A stretch of DNA of 64,000 bases, from assembly GCF_009914755.1 (NCBI RefSeq), contig NC_060945.1; one strand, given 5' to 3'. This DNA comes from the human T2T-CHM13v2.0 reference genome, Homo sapiens. The notes beneath the pieces were generated by a model. That model did not search any database and had not been told where the DNA came from. It worked only from the letters and a program-made list of their open reading frames with translations. Shown piece by piece: positions 14,026 through 31,068 of this stretch. The translations under genes and the position numbers were made by a program. Numbering within the stretch: the stretch's first letter is position 1; each line of letters begins with the position of its first letter.

Positions 14026-15156
14026 CAAACCATTGTGCTCTTTTCTGTATGCGGGACTTGGGAAAGGTGGGACACTCTGGAGATTCCTGCCTCAAGCCAC
14101 ATTCTCCTCTGCAAGATGGCTAAAAGATTTTGTGCTTTGTGAAAGAGCAGAATCTGTTTTGTACCTAAGGCCTCTGGTCTCTAAATCCTAAAATCTCTCC
14201 GCTGGGGTCCCCTGAAGTGTCTGGTACTTACTGCTCTTCTCGCTGTGCCTAATTAAGATGATCTGGATTCGCATGACAGGAACATATGGTAATTAAGTAC
14301 CAAAATCTCACAAAAGCACCAGAAATCAAAAATAGATTTTTCTAGTAAAGTCAGAATTAAAATCCCTATTTTTTTAAGTCTTCTTAAAGAGACATACATA
14401 CCATAAAAGTTCTAGCAAAGAATTTATAAACCGAAATGTAGAATGACTTCACATATAATCTGCAAATCAGGCTGCTGTGTGACCTACTTCTATTCCCATT
14501 TTATGAGTAGGAAAACTGAGGTAAAAAAAAAAAAAACCAGGGTTTGAGTACTACTTGCAAGTCACCGGCATCAGTCTCCCATGTATACCCACAGTCAGAC
14601 GTCACCACAGCCTGTGGCCACCAGCTGCAGAACTCCATAATATTTGTGAGCCCAAATTACACAGCAGGTGGCCCCAGGTAGAGGGGCACAGCCCTTCATC
14701 TAGAGGAACTGCAATACCACAGGGCTGGATGAGCTGGCTCAAGGTTTTCTGCTTGCAACGTGGCTGTGTACTATTATGCTATAGGTGACTTTGTCTGTTT
14801 CTACCTGCCTGGAGATACAGGAAAATGCTCATGCTTCACACCCAGAACCCTCAGGAGAGCCGCATGGACTCCTCAGAGCCTCCAGGTTTCCAACCAGGTA
14901 GGAGGAGACTCAGACATCTTTTGTGAGTGAGGGTACCCGATGGAGGGGAGGAAGGCCTAGAGAGGGATGCAATCATCCTCATCATTCCCAGTTTTCTGCC
15001 AGAGCCTGGGGACACAGGAAGGCAGGAAGACTCGGGGCTATCTAAATCCAAGTTCAAATCCTGACTCAGTTACTCACTAACTGGTGATGGATACATTAGT
15101 TCCCTGATCTGCAGTTTTCTCAATCATGAAAAGGAGGTAATACTTAGCTTGGAGCC

Positions 15157-15460
15157 AAGCCACCAAGTTAGGGGTGGTTTAACGAACAGCAAAATAACCA
15201 TAAAAACCTCCTGCACAATCTTCTATGTTTGCCCCTTCCCCATCTGCAGAGAAAAAACTCTGAAGATCTGGGGGAGGGAAGAGCTAAAACATGAAAAAAG
15301 CCTAGTCCCTGCGTGACTGTGTGGAGCAGGGTGTCCCTTTTTCTCCCCCACCACCCCCCAAATCACGCAGAAATACAACATGAGCAAGGAATAACTTGGA
15401 TTGTGTCGAGGCCCTGAAATTTGAGGATACTTTGTTATAGCAGTCGGTCTAGTTGCTTAA
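15157..15460 (+). repeat. Local ~300-bp duplicate of 19354-19655 (MLT1-derived), inserted in a MIR
   Basis: Hand alignment gives ~93-94% identity over ~303 bp. Confidence 0.9.
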
Positions 15461-15689
15461 ACACGAGTGTTAAACACATCTAAAATGCCTAGAGCTTGGC
15501 CCATAGTAGGAACTCGATTAAAGTAGAGCTTTGCCCGACTTGCTGATGACAAAGTGAGCAGACAACCAACCAGCATTTCTGAGAGTGAGAACATCTCTCA
15601 CAGAATCTTTCCAAGCCTAGGCCACTCCCCTCTCAACCTGTTCTACACGCCTGAAGTGATTTCTGCCAGCCCTGCCTGCTGTCTGTCCC

Positions 15690-15885
15690 AAAAGGAATAG
15701 AACTTTCTGAAATCCTGGAAATGTTCTGTATCTTCACTGTCCAATAGCCTTGTGAGGCTACTAAGCACTTGTACTATAAATATGGCAAGAACCTGGAGGA
15801 ACTAACATTTTATTTTAATTCTAAGTAATTTGAGTATAAGTGCCACATATGACCAGCGGCTACTGTACCGCACAGCTCAGTCTTA
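15690..15885. mobile_element. MER3-like hAT-Charlie fossil
   Basis: AATAGAACTTTCTG...GGAAATGTTCTGTATCT...CTGTCCAATA matches the recalled MER3 consensus. Confidence 0.6.
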
Positions 15886-16836
15886 GAGACCACATGGTTC
15901 ATTACAAGCATCAGACTCATCCCAAGCAAGGACAGCCCAACGTTAATTAAACTAAGCAGATCAAGAGCTGCCAGATCACATGGGTAGTATCCAGAACGAC
16001 CTCCATATAAGATGCCAACACCTAGCCGGGATTATGGAGTTAAGACAAATATTTGTTTTTACACTTTTATAAAGCAAACAGCCCTGATTGGACATCAACC
16101 CAAGTTACAGCTGAGCCCTTCTCTATTTATTAGGTAATTGTGTCTAAACTATGTTTTTGTTTCTCTCTTCATTGTTCCATATGTCACATGCCCACCCACA
16201 ATACACACACAAACACACTCCCATGAGTCAAACCCTACACGCTCAGTGCTTTGATGTTTCAGCCTCTGCCATCTGCTCTGCAGCTGGCTATCATGAGGGC
16301 TGCAGCTTGGAGCTGCTGGAAAATAGAAACTTGCTCACTGATGAAGAGATTGGGGACGGTCTGAGAGCACGGCATCCTTCATCAGAGCCATGGCCTGTGT
16401 GGCCTTCCTGGGCTGGCTCAGGGCAGGATCTGCTTCTCAGGGACTAGAGCAATGGCAAGATTTTACTTTCTTTAAAAACAACTGGTTACCAGCTATGAAG
16501 CAGAAGGCTCTTCTCTTTGCATTTAGCAAAGAGTCATTGATGCTTTCAGCTTGTCTTGTGTGCTAAGCATGTATAGAAACTGTTGCAGGCAGTGGCATAG
16601 TCACTGTTCCAGGTAGTGATGTCTTGAGGACGAGCAGCACAGACTGGGTGTCCACTTTCGTGAACCTTTGTCCTGGGGTAAGGGGCGGGACTGACAACAA
16701 ACAAGCAAACAAATAATGAATTCAAGGCAGCGATTACAATGAAAATAAAGTTGGCCAGTGTGACAGAGAATGACTGGGTCAGGTGGGAAGATCAAGGTGC
16801 TGGAAGGACTGGTGTCCTCTGTGGCCTCTGTCCTTA

Positions 16837-17782
16837 TGATATGGTTTGGATTCGCGTCCCTGCCCAAATCTCATGTTGAATTGGAGGAGGGACCTGGTGG
16901 GAGGTGATTGGATCATGGAGACAGATTTCCCCCTTGCTGGTCTCATAATAGTGAGTGAGTTCTCACAATATCTGATCATTTAAAAGTGTGTGGCACCTCC
17001 CCATTCTCTCTCTCTCTCTGTCCTGCTCTGCCATGGTAAGACGTGCTTGCTTCCCCTTCACCCTCCACCTTGATTCTAAGTTTCCTGAGGCCTCCCAGTC
17101 ACGCTTCCTGTACAGCCTGTGGAACTGTGAGTCAATTAAACCTCTTTTCTTCATAAATTACCCAGTCTCAGCTAGTTCTTTATAGCAGCGTGAGAACAGA
17201 CTAATATAAAAAAATTGGTACCAGGAGAGTGGGGTACTGCTATATAAAGATACCTGAAAATGTGGAAACAACTTTGGAACTGAGTAATAGGCAGAGGTCG
17301 GAACAGTTTTGAGGGCTCAGAAGAAGGCAGGAAGATGTGGGAAAGTCTAGAACTTCCTAGAGACTTGTTGAGTGGTTTTGACCAAAATGCTGATACTGAT
17401 ATTGACATGGTTTGGCTCTGTGTCCCCACCCAAATCTCATCTCCAATTGTAGTCCCCACATGTTGAGGTGGGGGGCCCTGGTGGGAGATAACTGGATCAT
17501 GGGGGCAGATTTGCCCCTTGCTGGTCTCATGATAGTGAGTGTGTTCTCATGAGATCTGATTATTTAAAAGTGTGTGGCACCTCCCCATTCTCTCTCTCTC
17601 CTGCTCCACCATGGTAAGACGTGCTTGCTTCCCCTTCACCTTCTGCCACGATTCTATGTTTGAGGCCTCCCAGTCATGCTTCCTGTACAGCCTGTGGAAT
17701 TGTGAGTCAACTAAACCTCTTTTCTTCATAAATTACCCAGTCTCAGCTAATTCTTTAGAGCAGTGTGAGAATGGACTCATAC
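16837..17782 (+). mobile_element. MSTA MaLR provirus with large internal deletion (LTR 16837-17207, int ~17208-17402, LTR ~17403-17782), inserted in an MLT1A-like LTR
   Basis: Two similar MST LTRs flank internal-start sequence AAATTGGTACCAGGAGAGTGGGG; CCTT(A/G) flanks; MLT1 sequence resumes on both sides. Confidence 0.85.
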
Positions 17783-18859
17783 CTTGGCTGGCAGATGGCC
17801 ATGCCCTTGCTGTTTCCATGATTATCCCTTTGTGTCTCTTCCTCTTCTTACAAGGAACGCCACTCATATTGGGTGAGGGCCTACCCCAATGGCCTCATTT
17901 GAACTTAATCACCCTTTTATAGACTATCTCCAAATATTGTTACAGTTTGAGCTACTAGGGGTCAAAACTTCAACATTATGATTTTTTTGTGGGGGTAGGG
18001 GGCACAATTCAGCCTGTAACAGGTTTTTAGATAGTATGTATTTTTAGATAGTAGGGAAGAGGAGAAGAAGATCAGTTTGCTGTGGACCTAAGAATAGAAG
18101 ACGTCAGGCCGGCTTCTGATCCTAACCTCCTGGGGGTAACTTAAGAACAGATCTGTAAAAGCAGTAAGCCTTGCTTCTGGTTTGTCAGCCCAGCCCCTGA
18201 AGGCAATTTGCTTCCTCATCCCGGTTTTTTACCCGGAGTGGTAAGTCATGCAGACGCAACACGGTTCTTCCTCACCATCAGGGAAAACACACCAAGGGCC
18301 TAAAGAAACAGGAGTAGCCCTAAGCAGTGCTTCCCTTTGGTTAGATTTCTTTATAAAATGTTTGCATTTTAGTGGCCAGCACCAAAAGTTTAAGAAATGG
18401 AACTTCCAGATGCACCAGAGAAAGACCAGGAATGTGGCTATAAGGTTCAGATAAGCATGTGAGATAGCACTCAGAGAGCTGCTCTTTGTGAATGCAGGGT
18501 CATCAAGATGCTGAGAACCAGGTGCTGTCAGCAGATACCACACATAAGGCCCAAAGGGTCTCCTCAAGCACCTAGAACAGCAGCCCAGAGGAAATGCACT
18601 GGTGAAGATTCCCCCAATCAGGAGAAAGGAGAGAGTCAGACACACTGTTTCCATCATTTGGGGAGATGTTATATTCAATTTGCTAGACAGAGAGGACAAT
18701 AAACAATCAGATAGAGCTGGGGACTCTAAAATCCTAGGTAGAGTCTAATATCTCCACTGTTGGATGTGGCAAGAAACAACAACAAAAAAAAAACTGTTTA
18801 GAAGTACCAGTGGGGTAGAAACTGTCAAATCCCTCAGCTCCACTGCCTTTGCCTCCTGG

Positions 18860-19655
18860 GCATAGAACAAGCCTGCGTTTCCCATCCTCCTCTGCACTGG
18901 GGCAGCACGTGTCTATGTCCAGCCAATGGAATGAGGGAGGAAGTGAGGTACAGTGCTGCCCAGCTTGGGACATCGGCAGATTGTTTGCAAAATGGCTTCC
19001 ATAATTCCTCTTCCTGTTTCCTCCCACACAGGTCCTGGTTTAACCATGTGATTTGTTTTGGCCAATGGGATAACAGTAACTGTGTTAGAAGCAGAAATTG
19101 AAAAAATTTTCCAATTTTTTTCTTTGGGCTTGCCCTCTTTTGTGGCTGGAATTCTTCTCCTCCATGTGAACAAGTGGAGGCTGGCATTCTGGAACAGGAA
19201 GCACAGGGACAGAAGCCCAGCCATCCCTGCTGAAGCCCTGGATAAGTGAGCAGATTCATTCTAGACCAGCCAGCCTCAGCTCAGCCAGCCTGACCACAGC
19301 AATCACCCAGGAAGTCCACAAAATTGTGAGAAACATTATGTATTTATTGTTTTAAGCCACCAAGTTAGGGGTAGTTTAATGAACAGCAAAATAGCCATAA
19401 AAAACTCCTGCACAATCTTCTATGTTTGCTCCTTCCCCATCTGCAGAGAAAAAACTCTGAAGATCTGGGGGAGGGAAGAGCTAAAATATGAAAAAAGCCT
19501 AGTCCCTGAGTGACTGTGTGGAGCAGAGTGTCCCTTTTTCTCCCCCACGCCCCCAACTCACACAGAAATATAACATGAGCAAGGAATAACTTGGATTGTG
19601 TCAAGGCCCTGAAATTTGAGGATACTCTGTTATAGCAGTCAGTCTACTTGGTTAA
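18860..19655 (+). mobile_element. Nested old MLT1 LTR fragments (donor of the 15157-15460 copy)
   Basis: MLT1-type 3' ends TTGTTTTAAGCCACCAAGTT and GAAATTTGAGGATACTCTGTTATAGCAG. Confidence 0.65.
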
Positions 19656-19789
19656 TGTACTACCCACTTCCTAGAAACTGAAATCTGCCAACACACTTGT
19701 GGAATGGTCCATATTCCCAGACTACCGCCACTGGTAGCTAAGAAGAATCCTCATCCTCAAGACTTGACTCTGTGCAGCCTCTGTGTAAC

Positions 19790-20420
19790 TCTCATTCACT
19801 TTTCCATACATTCATTCAATAAATACTAATTGCTAAGAAATGCCAATCACCTGGTGCCAGCAGCCAAGACAAGAGTGGTCCCTGTCCTTAAGGCACTTGT
19901 AGTCTAGTAGCAGGCTAAGGAGGGGAGGACAGTCACTAAACAAATAATCCCACTGCAGGCTCCAGGAGGAGAAGGAAGCCATATCTATTTTGCATACAAT
20001 TGCATCTGCAGCCCTCTGCTCAATGTAAGGCACAAAATAAGGGTTTAATAAGTTGTTGCTGAATTCATAAGCACAAGTCAATATTTAATTACAAATGTTG
20101 ATACGAACTGTGAAGGAAAGTTTAAGGAGCCAGGAAAGACTATAAAAGGGGGGATCAGAAAAGTTATCTCTGAGGAAGTAACACTTAAGCCAAGAGCTGA
20201 AGGAGGGAGAAGGAAAGGAGGGCAGTAGGGAGCCAATGAATAAATAGTAGAGTGAGAGACGCTTTGAGGCAAGGGAAATAGCTTAGGCAAAGGCCCTGAA
20301 ATATAAAGAGCCTGCTGCTGAGTTAGAGCAACAGAAGACCAGCATGGCCAGACCATGGTGAGTGAAAGAAGTGGGATAAGATGGCGAGAGCAGTAGATAG
20401 GATCTGTTACATAGATCCCT
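19790..20420 (-). mobile_element. L2 LINE fragments
   Basis: CATTCATTCAATAAATA tail followed by diverged purine-rich L2-like sequence. Confidence 0.6.
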
Positions 20421-20439
20421 GTAGGCCAGGTTAGATTTA

Positions 20440-24050
<3,611 letters not shown>

Positions 24051-24118
24051 TTTAAATATGAATTCAATTTTTTTTTAATTATAGGGCTATTCATATTTCT
24101 ATTTCTTCATGAATTCTA

Positions 24119-24408
24119 TTTTTTTTTTTTTTGAGACAGTCTCGCTCTGTTGCCCAGGCTGGAGTACAGTGGTGCGATCTCGGCTCACTGCAACCTCCGC
24201 TTCCCAGGTTCAAGCAATTCTCTGCCTCAGCCTCCCGTATATCTGGGATTACAGGCGCCCACCACCACACCTGGCTAATTTTTGTATTTTTAGTAGAGAC
24301 AGGATTTCACCATGTAGGCCAGGCTGGTCTTGAACTCTTGACCTCATGATCCACCCACCTGAGGCTCCCAAAGTGCTGGGATTACAGGCGTGAGCCACTG
24401 CACCCGAC
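24119..24408 (-). mobile_element. AluS element
   Basis: Antisense dimeric Alu with an ATGAATTCTATTT TSD. Confidence 0.9.
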
Positions 24409-24779
24409 TATGAATTCTATTTTCTACTTGTTGTTTGCCTTGTTAGGTTTTGGATTTACTTAGGACTTTGTTATCCCTTTCTTCCTTACTGTGTCTCCCT
24501 TTTGGAATGAGAATGTCTGTCCTATGCCTGCCCTGCCATTGTATTTGGGAACACATAACTTGTTTAATTTCATAGGCTCATATGTGCTTCAGGATGAATC
24601 ATAGTTTGAGTCTCACTCATATCTGCTTTAGATGATATTTAGATGAGACTTTGGACTTTGGACTTTAGACTTTTGAGTTAAGGCTGGAATTATTTAAGAC
24701 TTTTGGGGTTACAGGGATGGAATGAATGCATTTTTCCTGTGACAAACAAATGAATTTTGAGAGGCCTGGAGCTAGTATA

Positions 24780-25520
24780 GACCCTTTTAGGGCTCTGTTA
24801 CACAAGACTGTCCCATTTCAGATGTCAGTCACAAGTCTGAGCGGCCCAAACTTCTGACCAACCAGCTATCAATCAGGGGTTCCCACAACCCCTTCCTTGG
24901 CTTACATAATTTGCTAAAACTGTTCACAAAGCTCACAAAAAGGAAACATTTGCCTATGTTTACCAGTTTATTATAAAAGGTACAAGTCAGGAACAACCAG
25001 ATGGAAGAGATGCCGAAGGCAAAGTGTGGGGGAGCGGCACAGAGCTCCCGTGCCCTCTATGGGTGCACCACGCTCCCAGCACCTCCATGTGTTCACCAAC
25101 TGAGAAGCTCTCCAAATCCCGTCTGTTTAGTATTTTTATGGAAGCTTCATCACACAGGCATGAACAATTAACTCAATCTCCAGCCACTCTCTCCTCCCCA
25201 AAGGACGGGGATTGAAGCTAAAAGTTCAAAGCTTCTCATCATGGCTTGGTCTTTCTGGTGACCACTCCCAATCCTAAAGCTATCCAGGAGCCCACCAAGA
25301 GTCACCTCATTAGAACAAAAGAGGCTTCTATCACCCAGGCAAATCGAAGGGACTTATGAGCTCTGTGTCAGGAACTGGGGTCAAAGACAAAATGGTAGGA
25401 CAGAAGATGCTCCTAGCACCCTTACTATTCAGGAAATCATAAAGGTTTTAGGAGGTCTGTGTCAGGAGCCCAGGGATGAAGACCAAATATATATTTCTTA
25501 TTATATCCAAAATCACAGAA
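24780..25520. mobile_element. MER21-family LTR
   Basis: CTTCTGACCAACCAGCTATCAATCAGGGGTTCCCACAACCCC and the GACCAAATATATATTTCTTATTAT terminus match recalled MER21C. Confidence 0.7.
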
Positions 25521-26379
25521 TACCTCCAGGCAGGAAGCCCACAGATCACCATTCTTAGCAAATGCTGTAGCAGTTTCATGAGTAAACTCTTCTCAAATGT
25601 TGCCTTGTCTTTCATCATTTTCTAATGGCCTGAAATGACTGTCTTTAATCATTTTGTCCATTTTTTTTACTTACTTTCTGCCAAGGGAAATCCCTTGACT
25701 TCCTCATACAACCAATACCAGAAGTAGATCCCCCAGGTTTTACTCCATCTAGACCAGGAAGCCACTAAAAGGAGTCAAGCTGCAAAGTACCAGGAATCAG
25801 CTTTCTATTCCTATGTGCTCACTGTGCCTACTGTGGGAGCGTCAGTTGGTAGGAGAGAGTTCCAGTTAGAGGCTTTCAGCGGTAGGTCCCAGGAAGCAAT
25901 GAAAGAGATACGTTGTCAAGTAACTGAAAAGTCCTGTGCAGCTTGGGCGAGATATTCATGACATCCTTCAGAACAGCAGCTCTGAGGTGCCACTGGATCT
26001 GTCTCACGGTACTGTCTTGGTCCTCAAGCCCTCGTGGTAGTGAGAGGTCTGTCAGTAGCTTCTAGACTCTAGAGGCTTCCTCACTTACATCCAAGGAGAG
26101 GGAACTTCTCTTTCCTCAGCCACTGAACGAAAGCCTTGGGCTTGCCTCTGCTTGGACTGATATGCTCACTCCTGAACTCATCACCATGGCCCAAGGAATT
26201 CAATGTGCAGACTGGCTTTCGCTGCTCAGGTTCGAGCCCACTCAAGCCCCGTAACTAGGAATGTCTGGGTCCTGTTAGGAAAGGGGAGCGGCTGCATGGA
26301 GGCTGAGGAGGTGGTCTGGGAGGCCTGCTCCAGGGCACAAGAGAGGAGCCCTGATCTCACTCTTCATTACTAAATGTAG

Positions 26380-26745
26380 CAGGTGGCTCGGGCTAACCTA
26401 ATGAAATTCCAAGCACTGGGTGCCTTAAACAAACAGAAAATTATTTTCTCATAATTCTGGAGGCTGGAATTCCAGGATCGAGGTACCAGCAGGGCTGGTT
26501 TACGGTGAGGCCTCTCTCCTCATTGGCAGAGCGCACCTTCTCCCTGTGACCTCACATAGTGTTTTCTCTGCGCGCCTGCAGAGAAAGGGCTCTGGTGTCT
26601 CTCCTTCTTCTTCTAAGGATATCAGTCCTGTTGGATGAGAGTCCCACCCTTATGACCTCATGTAACCTTTGTTACCTCCTTACAGGCCTTTCCTTCAAAT
26701 ACTGTCACAGTGGGTGTGGTGGGGGACATAATTCAGTCCATAACA
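26380..26745 (-). mobile_element. MLT1A-family MaLR LTR
   Basis: TTCTCATAATTCTGGAGGCTGG...CATAATTCAGTCCATAACA. Confidence 0.75.
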
Positions 26746-27111
26746 CCAGAAAAGGGGCAAAGCTTTGCAACTCCGCCTGCCCTACTCAGTTCTAGCCAGC
26801 AGAGCTGCAGAAAGATCACTGATGAGACTGAACTCCAGCCCAAAGGTTCCGCACTGGCCCTGACAGGAAAGGAGAGAAGGGAGGGTCACACACCCCAGCA
26901 GTTCTATTATATATCCCACTCAGCTAAGATGGAAGACTTGGAAAAATAACTGTCTCATTGGTAATGAAAGGATTAGGATAGTGGTTGTCTGCTATGACGC
27001 AAATGCAGTGGCCACATCCCAAGAACTGTGCTTTTAAGCTCCAAAGCAATCAAAGTCAGGGAAAAATGGTCATTGAAAATGAAAAATAAAACTATGTCTG
27101 AAAAATAACCC

Positions 27112-27423
<312 letters not shown>

Positions 27424-27799
27424 TTAAATCCAGGAAATAGGAACTTATAAATATGATTGGACTTTCCCTCCTGCAATGTGTTGACGTGTTAGCCCCAAGG
27501 ACTGTTCTCCACATCACGGAAGCATGGATCCCATACAGCCCCCACCCCCTCTCTCGGCATCTTCTTCCCCATTCTCCCCAAGTGCTGAATGCAGGATGTA
27601 TCCTTCCCTGACTGCAGAAATCTCTCCACACCTCCTTATCCAGGCTTGCCCTGCAGGACAATGGTTCTTCCTCCTCGACGCGTCACCATCCTGCTGTCCA
27701 CACAACTCCCAGCCTCCCAGAGGCCTCAGGGAACAGAACTGTCACCCTGAGAGATGTCCACCCGACAGGAGCCTCTGTGGCTGGAGACGTCCAAGCCAG

Positions 27800-28330
27800 G
27801 TAGTGTAGATTCTCACTATTCATCATAGTGACCGTGTAGAAGTCACCACGGACACTGAATTAGGAAACACTGAACCTCTGCTCCACAGGAAAATATGTGC
27901 ATATATTCAGTATACACATATCTCACACACATAGAGTCAAGATTAAATCCTAAGACAACGCACCCAAGTAGATTCTATTTTATTTTACAAGAGAAAAAAA
28001 ATGAGGTTCAGAAGAGTTAAGTGACTCAGCAGAAGCTGCCCCACTAACAGGTGCCAGAATTAGGATTTGACCCTGTCCAACTGGCCCAGAGCTGGAGCTT
28101 CCCTCCCATCTCCCCCTACAGGCCATCTATGTATGAGGCTGAAACAACTGGGCAGAGTATGGCCTGCTTCAACCTCAGGTGGAAACATGCGTATTGGGGA
28201 CCTCAGAATTTTCACTGTTCTGTGTGTGTCTACTCAAATGACCACTAATTGTCCCAAAGTATTGATTTGGAGGTTACAAATAAATTTTAGCAAATAGGTA
28301 AATTTTCAAATATGGAACGTGCAACTGTAC
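27800..28330 (-). mobile_element. MER82-like TcMar-Tigger fossil with an internal MIR-like segment
   Basis: Minus strand TTGCTAAAATTTATTTGTAACCTCCAAATCAATACT matches the recalled MER82 consensus. Confidence 0.65.
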
Positions 28331-28469
28331 TTTTCTGCCACCATGTCATAGCCTGAACAAAAATCAGCCTCCTCAGGATGGACAATCTGTAAGGGTGGCT
28401 GCCCCGAGTTTGCTCATTCAAAGCTAGGACCTGGGTGTTAGACCCAGGCATCTACCAGGTTGGTTCCTC

Positions 28470-28860
28470 ACTGCTATAGCTTGAATGTCTGTCCCTTCTA
28501 AAACCCGTGTTGAAACTTAATCCCCAGTGTAACAGTATTAGGAGGTGGGGCCTTTAAGAGGTGACTGGGTCATGATTCACCCATTTATGGATTGAAGGAT
28601 TTGTGGGTTATCATGGGAGTGGACAGGTGGCTGTATAAAAAGAGGAACAGATCTGAGCAAGCACTCTCAGCCCCTTTTTCATGTGATACTCTGAGCTGCC
28701 TTGGGCCTCTGCAGAGGCCCCACCAGCAAGAAGGCTCTCACCAGATGCAGCCCTTCAACTTTGGACTTCCCAGCCTCCAGAACTGTAAGAAATAAATTGC
28801 TTTTATAAATTACCCACTCTCAGATATTCAGTTATAGCAACAGAAGATAGACTAAGACGC
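28470..28860 (+). mobile_element. MST/MLT1A-family MaLR solo LTR
   Basis: TGCTATAGCTTGAATGTCTG...TTATAGCAACAGAAGATAGACTAAGAC. Confidence 0.75.
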
Positions 28861-29127
28861 TCACTGACCACAAAATACAAGGACAGAAACTGCATCCCTT
28901 GCCCATCACTGCCTCCTGAGCAATTGGAAGTAAGCACATGCCAAAGAGCAGACAGAGGAAAATGAAGGATCCAAATCTTTAACTCAGATCTTTAATCCTT
29001 GTTATAAAGATTAACAAAAGATTTGATGAGCATACCTGACTGCTCATTCTAAATTGAGATCCAAGGCAGACACATCTAAGAATGAAACAGAGTGGGTCTC
29101 CTTTTCATAATTCATTCATTTGGAGTC

Positions 29128-29518
29128 TGTATTAGTCCATTCTCACACTGCTATAAAGAACTACCTATGACAGGTTAATTTATGAAGAAAAGAGGTTTAA
29201 TTGACTCATAGTTCCACAGGCTATACAGGAAGCATGGCTGGGAGGCCTCAAGAAACTTACAATCATGGCAGAAGGTGCAGGGGAAGAAAGCATGTCTTAC
29301 CATGGTGGAGCAGGGGAAAGAGAGAAAGAGGGAGAAGGGGGAAGTGCTACATACTTTCAAACAACCAGATCTCATGAGAAGTCACTCACTATCATGAGAA
29401 CAGTAAGGGGGAAGTCCATCCCCATGATTCAATCACCTCCCACCAGGTCTATTCTTCAACACCTAGGGTTTACAATTTGACATGAGATTTGGGTGGGGAC
29501 ACAGAGCCAAACCGTATC
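29128..29518 (-). mobile_element. MSTA solo LTR
   Basis: TGTATTAGTCCATTCTCACACTGCTATAAAGAA...GAGCCAAACCGTATCA. Confidence 0.85.
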
Positions 29519-30872
29519 AGAGTCTTTTCCCCCTAAGTATGTAAGTAATCCACTCTCAATATTGAAAACTTTTTTTAAAAAAAAGTAAAAACAAAAAACT
29601 ACCAAAGCTTTTTTTAACTTCTGACTTCTTACATCTTTTGCTCCTGTTTAATGAGTTCCCTATCACCTAAAAACAACGACTAAAATTTAAGCAAATATTC
29701 TTTCAATTTTTTTTTGCCCACAGCGTTTGCAGTGGTGACTGAGGCCTGTTTTCCTCATAAATCCCCGATCCCCATGCCATGTAAACAGATGACACCCCAA
29801 AGTCTGGAGAATAGGAGTTAAACTCTGGGCACTTACAGTCCCAAGATGTGAGGTCTTGGTCTACTCAGAAAGATGAGAAATACAAGATCAGCCTGAACCA
29901 GTTCTTCCCATCCCCAGAGATGGGATTAAAGGATGTCTGGACAAAGAATAGGGAGACAAAGAGCACAGGTGTGTTGCTGGGGTCCCTGAGTATACCCCAC
30001 TTTGGAAGCCAGGACTAGGCAGAGGGTGAGATCATAGAATCCCATGATCAGAGGACAGAGCCCAGCAAAGTGTCTGACCCCAGAATTTGCATCAGACATG
30101 CTTATAATTGAATTATACAAGAAACAGAATGGGCTCCCTGCAGTGGGAGCAGAAGAAATACCTTCCTGTGGTGTCAAGAAGCTAAGCCTGAAATGGTCCT
30201 CACTGTCCCTGGACACCCCTCAGCAAGCCAAGCACATCTGAATGCATCCCTCTGTGGCAGAAATAGCCCTAAGAGGTCCCTGAGGTCAGCACTTGGAGAA
30301 CATGGATCAGTCACCACAGTGGCAAGAATGGCCACAAGGCTGTGTCCATAGATGCCAACACAAAAGGTTGAAAATGAGCCTTCCCATTGTAGCTTCCTCA
30401 AGACTATTGCCCTGGGTCAGTCCCTGACATGGGAGCACATCCAGGGAAAGGGGCCATTTCTGAACTGGCAGAAATCTCTTCCTGTCATGGTGCAACGTGG
30501 GCCCGAAAGAGAGGCTAAAATCCAGTTATAGAAAAGTAAAGCACATGTATAGGCCCTCGGGTCTGGGGGCTGAGATTTGCACCCACTACTCACGTATCCA
30601 AACACATGACCTTTCTCCTTTTCAAAGATGGTACCCTCCTTAGACACAGTGTGTTCTGATAGTTCTAATTCCTACTTGCTGATAAATTCCTGAAAATCCC
30701 GAAGTGCTGGGGCTAAAATTCTGCTTCTAAACCGTGGGAATCCCCTGGGCTTGTTTTCTTTTCTCATGTTCTCCGCATGTGTCAGCGTCTTGTTTTGGGC
30801 CCGACTCCCAACTGCAGAGAGCCCTTACCTTTGCTTGGAGGCACATGGAAGGCAAAGTCTTCCAAGGCTGAG

Positions 30873-31050
30873 GGTTTTTTTGTTTTCTGTTTTTAGAGTG
30901 GGGGTCTCGCTCTGTCTCCCAGGCTGGAGAGCAGTAGCGTGGTCATAGCTCACTGCTTCAAACTCCTGGGCTCAAGCCATCCTCCTGTCTCAGCCTCCTA
31001 AGTAGGTAGGGCTACAGGCACACACCACTACACCCAGCTAATTTTTTTAT
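30873..31050 (-). mobile_element. Alu right-monomer fragment next to the SVA insertion site
   Basis: GGGTCTCGCTCTGTC...CTCCTGGGCTCAAGCCATCCTCC. Confidence 0.8.
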
Positions 31051-31068
31051 TTTAAAAGAAAATTTTAG

